From Gemmatimonadota bacterium (GTDB lineage Bacteria > Gemmatimonadota > Gemmatimonadetes > Gemmatimonadales > GWC2-71-9): a stretch of 42,424 nt of DNA. The stretch lies in contig JBDTRF010000002.1 in NCBI GenBank assembly GCA_039931815.1, positions 1 through 42,424 of the forward strand, written 5' to 3'. A program made the position numbers and the translations under genes. The notes below the pieces were generated by a model. It did no database searches. It was not told the DNA's origin and saw only the letters and a list, made by a program, of their open reading frames with translations. How positions within the stretch are numbered: the stretch's first letter is position 1; each line of letters opens with the position of its first letter. Below, piece by piece: positions 32,659 through 40,870 of this stretch.

Positions 32659-34721
32659 TTGTGGCTGGTCGCGGTTTCGGTACCGAACATGTCGGCAGGT
32701 CCGGATTCAACCATGCCTTCCAGCACCGATGGAGTGCCGCGGGAAGACAGGCGCCGCCAGCGGCCGGCCAGGATGGTCATCAGCGAGCGAAGGCCTTCCA
32801 TGACCGTGGTCCGGCGGATTTTCTGAGGCGAGATCGGGAAGTAATACACTGGCGTCTCGAACACTTCGGCCCGCTGGCGAAGCAGATTGGAAAGGACCTG
32901 CTGATTGAAATCTCGTCGCCGATAGTCCAGGGACGCATCCCGCAACAGCGAGGATCGAATCACCTTGACGCCGGAGAGAGTATCCGAAATGTACCGCCCG
33001 TACAGCGACAGGTATGCGAGGCTCAGCACCTGACTCCCGACATAGCTCACCGCCGCCTTTATTCGCTTGTGACGGTATACCAGCCGATAGGCCTGCTTGA
33101 TATCATTGACGGAAAGGCGCCGACTGCCCCATACGGCGTCCAGCCGCTCACCAGTCAGATGTGATGCGAGATTGACGATATCGTCACCCCGGTACATCCC
33201 CGACGATTCAAAGAGCATGACGTAGTCGAAATGCGGGTCATGGGCGACCCGGGTAAAGGCGTCCGCGCTGCTCGATCCCTGGGTCGAAAGGTTCCGGACA
33301 CCAAACGGCAGCGAGGCCACGAATTCCGGGGAGAACGATTCGGGGCTTTCATAGAAGACCGTAAGCAGGAGCGGGTATGATTCAATGCCCGCCCTGACCA
33401 TTTCGACGATCGATTCCGCCACCTTGTTGAGCGATTCCGCGTCCACCAGGAGCACCGCCAGCCTGGTTCTCTCCCCTCGACGGAGCAGCGCCTTGATAAA
33501 CGGGGTGAGCACCTTGGTCGCATCGTGCCGGCCGCTCACGCCTTCCTCATAGTTCCCGATTCGCACCAGGCGCGGATCTTCCAGGGTGTCCAGGTGGCCC
33601 AGCGGCACATAGGAGCGCGACTCGGCCATACCCGGCTCATTCAGCACATAGTGGGTGATGAGACAGGGAGTGGGAAGCGCAAGCCGATCCTTCTCGCGGA
33701 GATAAAAGAGCGCCTTGTTGATCAGGTCAACGGCGCTGTTCCCGCTGATCTCGGCGTCCTCCTGGAGGTTAGTGATCAGCACCTTGACGGCTTTGAGATT
33801 CTGGGCGATCGCGGCGCCTATGCCGGGCGTCAAATACGACGGGAACAGGCTGGAATGCTGGGTGCCAGGCGCGTAGACGATGAGGTCCGCCTGGGCAATT
33901 TTCGCGAGCAATCGAGGGTTAGGGGCGAGAGTGACCGCGCGCGCATTGAGATAGGATGCAAGACCAGTCCGACCCGCCCGGACGATGTCCTGTCGTTCCT
34001 CGTCGTTCAGGAGGCGATCCAGCAGGTACAGGTCCTTGATGTTCTGGGGCTTTTCCGCCGTGACAATTTCAGCTTCGGTGGCGAGCAGCCGATCGTGCTG
34101 GTCAACGGCCACGAGGCAGGCATTGCGCCCATCCGTGACGTTCTCAATCATGCCGGCCGGGATGCCGAGCAGCGAACAGTAGTCGCCAACGGCCTCATTG
34201 AATTGCCGACCCACATGGAGGAAGCATCCGGCAAAAACCAGGTTGCCGAGGCTGCAATCGGCAAAGCGGAATTCTCGCCCGGACGCCTCAGCCTCGAAGC
34301 AATCCAGCCGAATCGCCAACGCAGCCTTCAGCCGGCGATCCAGACCGGACACCAGTGCGCTGAGTTCACGCTGGAAATCGTCCTGGGAGGGAACGCCCGA
34401 TTCACGGACCAGGCGGAAGGCCTGGCTCGCCTCGGCGATGGTATAGCTGTCCGGCATTCTGAGATCCAGCATCGCGACCAGGCGCTCATCGCAGGTACGC
34501 AGTTTCGACGCGAGGCGAGAGGCATTCTTTCTGAAGTCGGATGGTCCCAGGCAGTCGCCCAGAAATCGGCGAACCTCGCCAGTCGAGAGCCCGTCGTCGT
34601 ATCCGTTGATGGCAAGGGTGAGCGCAACCCGGTCACCCTTGATCAGTTCAGCGGAGAGCACACTGGAGCCCCGGCCACCGGTAAAGAGGACGACCTGGAC
34701 CTGCGCGTTGGGGTCAGTCAT
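32655..34721 (-). CDS. Fusion protein: N-terminal CofD/YvcK-like (UPF0052) domain plus C-terminal GT-A/GT2-like domain
   Basis: Track ORF 32655-34790 has a TTG start; it is trimmed to ATG 34721 (MTDPNAQVQVVLFTGGRGSS). The N-terminal domain matches remembered YvcK: GG.G.SVL...L..(I/L)T.(A/I)(I/V)...DDG.S.G..R and ADLIVYAPGTQHSSLFPSYLTPGI. The C-terminal roughly 250 aa are GT2-like (GSRR, SDTLSGVK). Confidence 0.7.
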   Translation of the reverse strand: MTDPNAQVQVVLFTGGRGSSVLSAELIKGDRVALTLAINGYDDGLSTGEVRRFLGDCLGPSDFRKNASRLASKLRTCDERLVAMLDLRMPDSYTIAEASQAFRLVRESGVPSQDDFQRELSALVSGLDRRLKAALAIRLDCFEAEASGREFRFADCSLGNLVFAGCFLHVGRQFNEAVGDYCSLLGIPAGMIENVTDGRNACLVAVDQHDRLLATEAEIVTAEKPQNIKDLYLLDRLLNDEERQDIVRAGRTGLASYLNARAVTLAPNPRLLAKIAQADLIVYAPGTQHSSLFPSYLTPGIGAAIAQNLKAVKVLITNLQEDAEISGNSAVDLINKALFYLREKDRLALPTPCLITHYVLNEPGMAESRSYVPLGHLDTLEDPRLVRIGNYEEGVSGRHDATKVLTPFIKALLRRGERTRLAVLLVDAESLNKVAESIVEMVRAGIESYPLLLTVFYESPESFSPEFVASLPFGVRNLSTQGSSSADAFTRVAHDPHFDYVMLFESSGMYRGDDIVNLASHLTGERLDAVWGSRRLSVNDIKQAYRLVYRHKRIKAAVSYVGSQVLSLAYLSLYGRYISDTLSGVKVIRSSLLRDASLDYRRRDFNQQVLSNLLRQRAEVFETPVYYFPISPQKIRRTTVMEGLRSLMTILAGRWRRLSSRGTPSVLEGMVESGPADMFGTETATSHK

Positions 34722-34734
34722 GGCCGAAAGGAGT

Positions 34735-36003
34735 TCATGCTGATGCAAGCTGACGGAACAGAAAATCCCGGCGGAACCAGAGAAATCCAAGGTAGGCGAG
34801 AAGCGGTCCCGCTTTGAGAATGCTCACGATCAACAGTCCCGCAAAACTGGAGACCGGGAGATGGTCACGGACATACAGCACCAGGACCAGGTTCTGCAGC
34901 ACGCATAGCCCAAGGATGATGCCGAGGTGCGCCCGCTCGGCGAACTTCATCCGGGGAAACAGGGCCACGAGAAAAGAAAGCGGGATGAAGAGCACCGCGA
35001 GATAGTGCTCCCAGACCACCTGGGAAATCAGCAGGCAGAACGACACGGACAGGAGATACCAGAACAGGCGACGTCGGTCCGCGGTCCATTCCTGTCCCAG
35101 GCTTTGCGCGCCCAGAAAAACAAATGTGCCGAGTACCATGAGCTTCATGATGGTTCGAAGAAAATCAGGGAACCAGCCTCCGGAGCGCGGGACGGGAATT
35201 GAATGGGCCCGGTTCCGGAAAGCATCCGCCACAATGTATAGCGAGCTGTTGAACGGCCAGGGCGACGGTTTGCCGCTCCCTCGACGGAGGATCTCCAGGA
35301 ACTCACGATGAATCGGCCAGCCCAGCAGGAGTATCGAGACTGCGGCGGTGGTTAGAAAGACCGTCGCCAGCGCCAGAAAGAATCGCCGTCCCGACACCAG
35401 GCCCAGAAACGCGGGTACAAAAAGGAAAGCGGGCTTGACCAGCACCACGAAGAGCATACAGATCGCTGCGGCCCAGATCCGGTCACGGAGATAACACATC
35501 AGCCCCAGGACCAGGAGAAGAAACACGATCGGCGTCGTCTGACCACCGACGCGATAAATCGTCCAGAAGGGCTGATAGAGGAGAATCAGCAGCGCGAAAA
35601 CAGGGGCAAACCAGAACGAAGTCGGTCCGTTCTGGCTGGCGAATGGCAGCATTTCCCGGTAAAGGAGAAGGAGGCCAGCGGCGAAGGCAAGCGAGGCGAC
35701 GAGTTTGAGAAGGATGAGTGCGACGTGCGGCGGGAACAGGCTCAAGGGGGCGTAGAACCAGGCCGAAATCGGCGCGCCCCAGAAGGACATCTGCCCCTGG
35801 GGCGAGCCGCCGCCTATGAGCGCTGAGGGATTGTAGATGTCCTGCAGCTGACCCGCGGCGGCTCGCCGGCCCGTGTCATAGAAATTCGCGAAGTCCCACC
35901 CGCGCCCCGCCGGAATGAGTACCGCGGCAATTGCCGCCAGGACAATCAGGGCGAGCAATACCCGCAGAAGAACTCGCTGAGCGCGGGCCGGATCATTCGC
36001 CAT
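34735..36003 (-). CDS. GT87/DUF2029-like polytopic glycosyltransferase (PimE-type, polyprenyl-phosphate-sugar dependent)
   Basis: 422-aa polytopic ORF. The N-terminal loop WDFANFYDTGRRAAAG resembles the D..(F/Y)Y.AG motif of the DUF2029 family. Confidence 0.6.
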   Translation of the reverse strand: MANDPARAQRVLLRVLLALIVLAAIAAVLIPAGRGWDFANFYDTGRRAAAGQLQDIYNPSALIGGGSPQGQMSFWGAPISAWFYAPLSLFPPHVALILLKLVASLAFAAGLLLLYREMLPFASQNGPTSFWFAPVFALLILLYQPFWTIYRVGGQTTPIVFLLLVLGLMCYLRDRIWAAAICMLFVVLVKPAFLFVPAFLGLVSGRRFFLALATVFLTTAAVSILLLGWPIHREFLEILRRGSGKPSPWPFNSSLYIVADAFRNRAHSIPVPRSGGWFPDFLRTIMKLMVLGTFVFLGAQSLGQEWTADRRRLFWYLLSVSFCLLISQVVWEHYLAVLFIPLSFLVALFPRMKFAERAHLGIILGLCVLQNLVLVLYVRDHLPVSSFAGLLIVSILKAGPLLAYLGFLWFRRDFLFRQLASA

Positions 36004-36053
36004 GGATTGACGCGCGCCCTTTCGGCGCCGGACCGCAAGTTGAAAACCGTCGC

Positions 36054-36221
36054 TTAGACGGCGGTGTCCTTACGTTTGGAAAAGAGGGAACCGATCCGCT
36101 TGAAGAAACTGACGACATGGCGCCAGAAGATCAGGAGCGCCCCACCGATGGCACCCAGAATCGAGGTCAACGGGAGAATCTGATCCGGCCCGACATACAG
36201 CAAATTGATGAGATGCAACAT
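36054..36221 (-). CDS. Small (55-aa) single-pass membrane protein, unknown function
   Basis: ATG 36221 with an upstream GAAAGG. Sequence: MLHLINLLYVGPDQILPLTSILGAIGGALLIFWRHVVSFFKRIGSLFSKRKDTAV. It has one hydrophobic helix and a basic tail, and lies between the flippase and GT87 genes. Confidence 0.4.
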   Translation of the reverse strand: MLHLINLLYVGPDQILPLTSILGAIGGALLIFWRHVVSFFKRIGSLFSKRKDTAV

Positions 36222-36518
36222 CGGATAAAACCTTTCTGAGCGGAGGCAGTTCGTTCGGAATCGAGCCGACAAGGCCACGCCATTCGAGCGTCATGTTCAG
36301 GTCGGGACTAGAATCGCCAAAGCAGGGTGTGCGGGAAGGACCGGTAACATCAGCCTTGGCTAGCAACCCCTATGCCAGCAACAACATAGTACATACTTTC
36401 TCAACGCCGAGGCCTAGGGAGAGGCGGAGCCTTAAGATGGGTCCTCGGGCAGCGAAACGCCATTCCAGAAAGCCACCCTGGAGTGTGGCGTCCACCCTAC
36501 ACCCACGACATCGCCGCG

Positions 36519-37937
36519 TCACACTGACAGGGCGGGCAAGCTCCCCCGGCTCACCCTGATCCCGCCGACCAAGACCAGGAGGAGGAGATACGCGGCCGTC
36601 CCCGCTATAAGGGAAGGCCAGAGTCCGCGGGAGCCAACCAGATACACGACCAGTCCCATTCCCCCGCCAGCGACCAGGGTTCTCCAAAGTCGCCCAAATC
36701 GCGGCAGATGAAATCCTTCCTTTCTCGCGAATACCAGGGCGAGTCCGGTCCGGACGATTTCGGTACCGAGCGTTGCGGCTGCCGCTCCCACCATGCCATA
36801 CGCTGGTATGATCAAAATGTTGAGGGCCAGGTTGAGCATCGCTGAGACGAACGTGATGCGAAGGACACGATCCTGTCGCCCCGCGGAAATCAGGGCCATC
36901 TGGGGGACGTTTCGATAGAATGCGACCGGTATGGTCCAGATCAGGATCTGCAGGGCGATGACCGAGCGTTCATACCCGGGACCGAAGACGAAGCCAATAA
37001 TTCCCGGGGCGAGAAGATATCCCCCGACGGCGAGCGGAAACGATGCCGCAAACACCTGCGCCATTGCGGTCTGATAGAGAGCTTGCTGCCGGGGAGGCTC
37101 CCCCGCCAGGCGGGTCAGCGTCGGCAGCAGGCTCTGGCTATAAGCGATACCCAGGTTCAGCAGAAAGCTGATGAGCGTATACGCCGCGACGTAGTGCCCC
37201 ACGTCCGCGGCGGTCTGAAAAGCCCGCAGAAATATCAGGTCCGAATTGTAGATCATCAGTCCCAGCAACGCGTGCAGGACCAGGGGAAACGCCCGGTGAA
37301 AGACCGGGCCGGCCGATCGCCAGTCCCACCGGAGGTTGAGCGACACACCGCGGCGGCGCAGCCAGATGGCGAGCAGGCTCATGGCCAGCATGTCGCCGGT
37401 AAACTGGGCCAGCGGCACCCGGGCAATGTCTCCCGCGGAACGAACCAGCAGGACGACCAGGAGGACCATCGTGGATTCCCCGGCAATTCGGGCCAGGGCT
37501 ACCCGGGATGCGTCTTCCAGTCCAATGTGAATCCACCGGGTGTTGGCGGCAACGCCAAGGAGGGTGAGGCCATAGACCGCGAGGATGGCGCCGTCCGGTT
37601 GGGGCATGAAAAGAAGGCCCGCGACAGCGACGGCGACAGCAAGTATGGCGGCAACGGCCAGGCGGAGGGTGAGAACCGCTGGCGCCAGGGTCTGGACGCG
37701 GCGGTGATCGGCGGCGATCTCCCGCACTCCCAGCGTCTCGATGCCGCAATCAGCGAGATAGGTGAAATAGAGGAGGACAGCCGTTGCGAGGCCGATGACG
37801 CCGTAGGACCCGGCACCCAGGGTGCGCGCCAGGTAGACCGTCGCGCCGAATGCCACCAGCCGGGCGACGGCTTCGCCGGCCCCCAGCGCGAGGAAGTTTC
37901 GGCCTACGGTTCGGTCGGAATCGTGGGTCACGACCAC
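36519..37937 (-). CDS. Oligosaccharide/polysaccharide flippase (MOP superfamily, Wzx-like)
   Basis: 472-aa ORF with a GTG start and about 12-14 TM helices. The N-terminus NFLALGAGEAVARLVAFGATVYLARTLG is typical of polysaccharide-biosynthesis flippases. Confidence 0.75.
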   Translation of the reverse strand: MVVTHDSDRTVGRNFLALGAGEAVARLVAFGATVYLARTLGAGSYGVIGLATAVLLYFTYLADCGIETLGVREIAADHRRVQTLAPAVLTLRLAVAAILAVAVAVAGLLFMPQPDGAILAVYGLTLLGVAANTRWIHIGLEDASRVALARIAGESTMVLLVVLLVRSAGDIARVPLAQFTGDMLAMSLLAIWLRRRGVSLNLRWDWRSAGPVFHRAFPLVLHALLGLMIYNSDLIFLRAFQTAADVGHYVAAYTLISFLLNLGIAYSQSLLPTLTRLAGEPPRQQALYQTAMAQVFAASFPLAVGGYLLAPGIIGFVFGPGYERSVIALQILIWTIPVAFYRNVPQMALISAGRQDRVLRITFVSAMLNLALNILIIPAYGMVGAAAATLGTEIVRTGLALVFARKEGFHLPRFGRLWRTLVAGGGMGLVVYLVGSRGLWPSLIAGTAAYLLLLVLVGGIRVSRGSLPALSV

Positions 37938-37986
37938 AATCTAGCGATGAGGGGAGCGTTCATGCGTCGTTGGTCTATTTCTCCGG

Positions 37987-39297
37987 GTGGGTCTGCTCGG
38001 CCTGGCCGGCGCGGAATGCCGGGGCGGTCGGAGCGAGGACGCGACCATCCGGGTCGATGTCGCCGTCAGCTACCAGACGATCTCAGGTTGGGAAGCGTCG
38101 GAATCCTTCGCCTGGCGGAGTCCCAAAGCAGCCATGGATTCCCTGATGTCGGTCACGGTGAACGACCTTAGCATCAACCGGCTCAGGCTCTCGTTTCCCG
38201 GCAACATGGTGGAAAGCAGGGACACGGTGACCATGCCCAATGAACTGCGCGAAGGCACCAATGACAACGCCGATCCCCATGTGCTGAACCCGGCGGGTTT
38301 CCGCTGGGAGCTGGAGGACTACCTGGTGGAGACCTTTGTCCTGCCGATGAAACGGCGGGTCGAAGCCCGGGGCGAGCCGTTCATCCTGACCGCGACCTAC
38401 GTCGGGTCCCGGACAACTTCCCAGTATCAGCAGAAGGATTCGGCGGAATACAACGAGTTCATGCTGGCGGTACTCGATCACCTGAAGACGAAATACGGAA
38501 TCGTACCGGACATATGGGAGATTCGGCTGGAGCCGGATCACGGCCGGAATCAGATGACCCCGCGGCAGCAGGGGATTCTCCTGGCAGGCGCCGGGGCCGC
38601 GGTGCGGGCCGCCGGCTATGACAAGCTCACGTTCAGCGTGCCCTCCACCGCGGTTCCCCACCGCACGGTCCAGTATCTCCAGGGCATTCTCTCATCACCG
38701 GGAACTGCGGAGTACATCGGCGAGATCGGCTTTCACCAGTACTCCGCTCCTTCGAGCGAAATGCTGACCGGTATTCGCGACGCGGCGATGAAACTGGGAG
38801 TTCCCACCGGAATGATGGAATACAACAAGGGCACCGAACGCGAGCTGTACCAGGACCTGACGCCGGCGAATGTCTCGGTGTGGTCCCGCTTTTCGCTGGC
38901 CGGCAATGTCGGCGGGCCGGATGTCGGCGGCCAGTACTTCTACGTGGACGTTCCCGATTCCAGCTTCCGGTACCGACCCTCGACCTGGCCGCTCCGGCAA
39001 TACTTCAAGTATGTTCGCCCCGGGTACGTCCGGGTGGCGGCCAAGGCCGACGACGACCGGGTTCAACCGACCGCCTTCCGCCGTCCGGATGGCGGCGTCA
39101 TTGTGGTCGCCAACCTGGCGGATTCGGCGACGACTCGGGTGAGAGGACTTCCGGCTGGGCGCTACTTGGTCACTTGGGCGAGCACTGCGGGGCGGGGAGA
39201 TCCGGGCCCACCGGTGACGGTCGGGCGAGGTGGCATTCTTACCATGTCAATCCCGAGGGCAGCCACCGTGACCGTGTCTCCGGCGGATGAACGGTAG
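37987..39297 (+). CDS. Glycoside hydrolase, GH30-like (TIM barrel plus C-terminal beta-sandwich)
   Basis: 436-aa ORF starting at the first in-frame canonical start, GTG 37987. Features: IRVDVAVSYQTISGWEAS at the N-terminus, WEIRLEPD as a candidate acid/base strand, GMMEYN as a candidate nucleophile strand, and a C-terminal AFRRPDGGVIVVANL pattern. The start and signal peptide are problematic (see findings). Confidence 0.5.
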   Translation: MGLLGLAGAECRGGRSEDATIRVDVAVSYQTISGWEASESFAWRSPKAAMDSLMSVTVNDLSINRLRLSFPGNMVESRDTVTMPNELREGTNDNADPHVLNPAGFRWELEDYLVETFVLPMKRRVEARGEPFILTATYVGSRTTSQYQQKDSAEYNEFMLAVLDHLKTKYGIVPDIWEIRLEPDHGRNQMTPRQQGILLAGAGAAVRAAGYDKLTFSVPSTAVPHRTVQYLQGILSSPGTAEYIGEIGFHQYSAPSSEMLTGIRDAAMKLGVPTGMMEYNKGTERELYQDLTPANVSVWSRFSLAGNVGGPDVGGQYFYVDVPDSSFRYRPSTWPLRQYFKYVRPGYVRVAAKADDDRVQPTAFRRPDGGVIVVANLADSATTRVRGLPAGRYLVTWASTAGRGDPGPPVTVGRGGILTMSIPRAATVTVSPADER

Positions 39298-39356
39298 TCG
39301 TTTGCCGGCTGATAATAAGCATTCGGTCAAGGGTGTTTACATACCGTCTTACCGCC

Positions 39357-40511
39357 CTACTGCCTTTTGGTGAGCCGGGCCTCGAGGATCGGGGCCACGA
39401 TGTCTGCCATTCGCTCGGCGACCACCCGGTTGGCCTCTTCGGTAAGGTGCGAGTGCCGGTCCACGAACCGGGTAACCGTGTCCTGGTCGAAGTAGCGGTA
39501 GGCCCGGAAGTAATGGGTCCCGTTCCAGTCCGTCATCAGCGAGTCAATTTCCTGGGTGCAGCGCCGGAACGCGGGATCCTGCTTGAGGCCGGTTTCGTGC
39601 TTGCTGAGCGGCTTCGCAGTGAGATAGTGCATCGGCTGCATGAAATAGAATACTTCGAATCCGAATCCCTTTCCAATCGCAGCGTTCTCCTCGGCAATCC
39701 GGTGGTAGTACTCCGCGACGGCCGGGCAGGGCGCCGATTTGTCAGCGGTCGACCCGCCTCCTTCGTCATCGACGACGGCTCCGGGAGAGAACCGCTGAAT
39801 CAGCCGTGACTGCATGCTGAGCGCTGCGACCTGGCGCCAGAAGCCGGCATTCGCGAGGTCCACCTTCTGCTGGGTCCGTTGCAGGTCGTACACCATACCC
39901 GGCTGCTTCCACTGGAACGCCGTCGCAATGTCGTTGTAGCCGTCCAGAAAGACGGCCGCGTCCGGCGTATTGCCCTTCGCAATCTCGTAGAGCAGCGTGG
40001 TCGCTTCCTGGGTGGAGTTGTAGCCCGACTCCGCGAGGTTCAGAACTTCGACATCGTTCAATCCCCGCTGCTTGAGCGCCTGGGCGAACAACGATGGAAT
40101 GGTGAACGAGTCCCGCACGGTGAATCCCCACATTGCCGACCCGCCCAGCAGGAACACGTGGAGCCGCGCGTCATGGCGCGGCGCCGACCAGGCGGTGAAC
40201 CGGTGGCCCAGCGAGTCCACGTGGATGAACAGGGTGCTGATCGGGGCGAGGCGATGGAAACGGTAAGGATCAAGCAGGTACTTGCGGGCGTTGGGCCCGT
40301 CCGGTCCCGTGTTAAAAGCCGCATACCAGTCGGAGTGGTAGTAGGGATGGGTCGGCGGGAACGGCGTGGCCTGGGTCGGGCTCGGCGCCCCGGCATACAG
40401 GCGATAGCCGAACTCCAAGCCCAGGAACATCAGGACCACAATTCCCAGGATCAGCCACCCATCCCGCACGACGCCAAGCACGCGGAGGACGGGACCGGGA
40501 CGTTCGGGCAT
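39357..40511 (-). CDS. Membrane-anchored SGNH/GDSL-like esterase or acyltransferase (DltD-like architecture)
   Basis: 384-aa ORF with one N-terminal TM helix (WLILGIVVLMFLGL). SGNH-like blocks: VFLLGGSAMWG, EVLNLAESGYNSTQ, FLDGYND and DRHSHLT. The block order resembles the C-terminal domains of the two MBOAT fusions. Confidence 0.65.
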   Translation of the reverse strand: MPERPGPVLRVLGVVRDGWLILGIVVLMFLGLEFGYRLYAGAPSPTQATPFPPTHPYYHSDWYAAFNTGPDGPNARKYLLDPYRFHRLAPISTLFIHVDSLGHRFTAWSAPRHDARLHVFLLGGSAMWGFTVRDSFTIPSLFAQALKQRGLNDVEVLNLAESGYNSTQEATTLLYEIAKGNTPDAAVFLDGYNDIATAFQWKQPGMVYDLQRTQQKVDLANAGFWRQVAALSMQSRLIQRFSPGAVVDDEGGGSTADKSAPCPAVAEYYHRIAEENAAIGKGFGFEVFYFMQPMHYLTAKPLSKHETGLKQDPAFRRCTQEIDSLMTDWNGTHYFRAYRYFDQDTVTRFVDRHSHLTEEANRVVAERMADIVAPILEARLTKRQ

Positions 40512-40732
40512 TACCAGCCTCCGATGGGCGCAAGCGGGTTGTAAAGGATCAACCTGGTGTGGTACCCGGAAGTTGATTTCGTTTCTGGCACTGCCAGTCT
40601 CCTGGCATCCCTCCGCGGGCTTTGCGGTGAGGCTGTTCAGTTACTCATCGAACATTCCGGGACAGCAGACTAGATGCAGCCTGCCCACGCCTTTCGCAAG
40701 TGTCGCGAGGCCGCTACAGTGGGTGTATTCGA

Positions 40733-40771
40733 GGCGGACCTTACACAGGCGGACCTACTGGCGGACCTTAC
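40733..40771. repeat. Three direct copies of GGCGGACCT(T)AC in a divergent intergenic region; candidate transcription-factor binding array
   Basis: Copies start at 40733 (GGCGGACCTTAC), 40748 (GGCGGACCTAC) and 40760 (GGCGGACCTTAC), with spacings of 15 and 12 nt. They lie about 100 nt upstream of the carbamoyltransferase ATG and about 220 nt upstream of the divergent SGNH gene. Confidence 0.5.
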
Positions 40772-40870
40772 TATTAAGATCCGAGGGCTGCTTCGAATCG
40801 GTTCGTAGTGGCGCCGGAATTGCAATATTGCGATATAGTGTAGGTCACCCCAACAACTCCCCGACAACTA

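Noticed and set aside
33525-34817. 430-aa plus-strand ORF
   Set aside because: It is antisense to the CofD/YvcK-like fusion gene, whose motifs are clear. The composition is typical of a shadow ORF.
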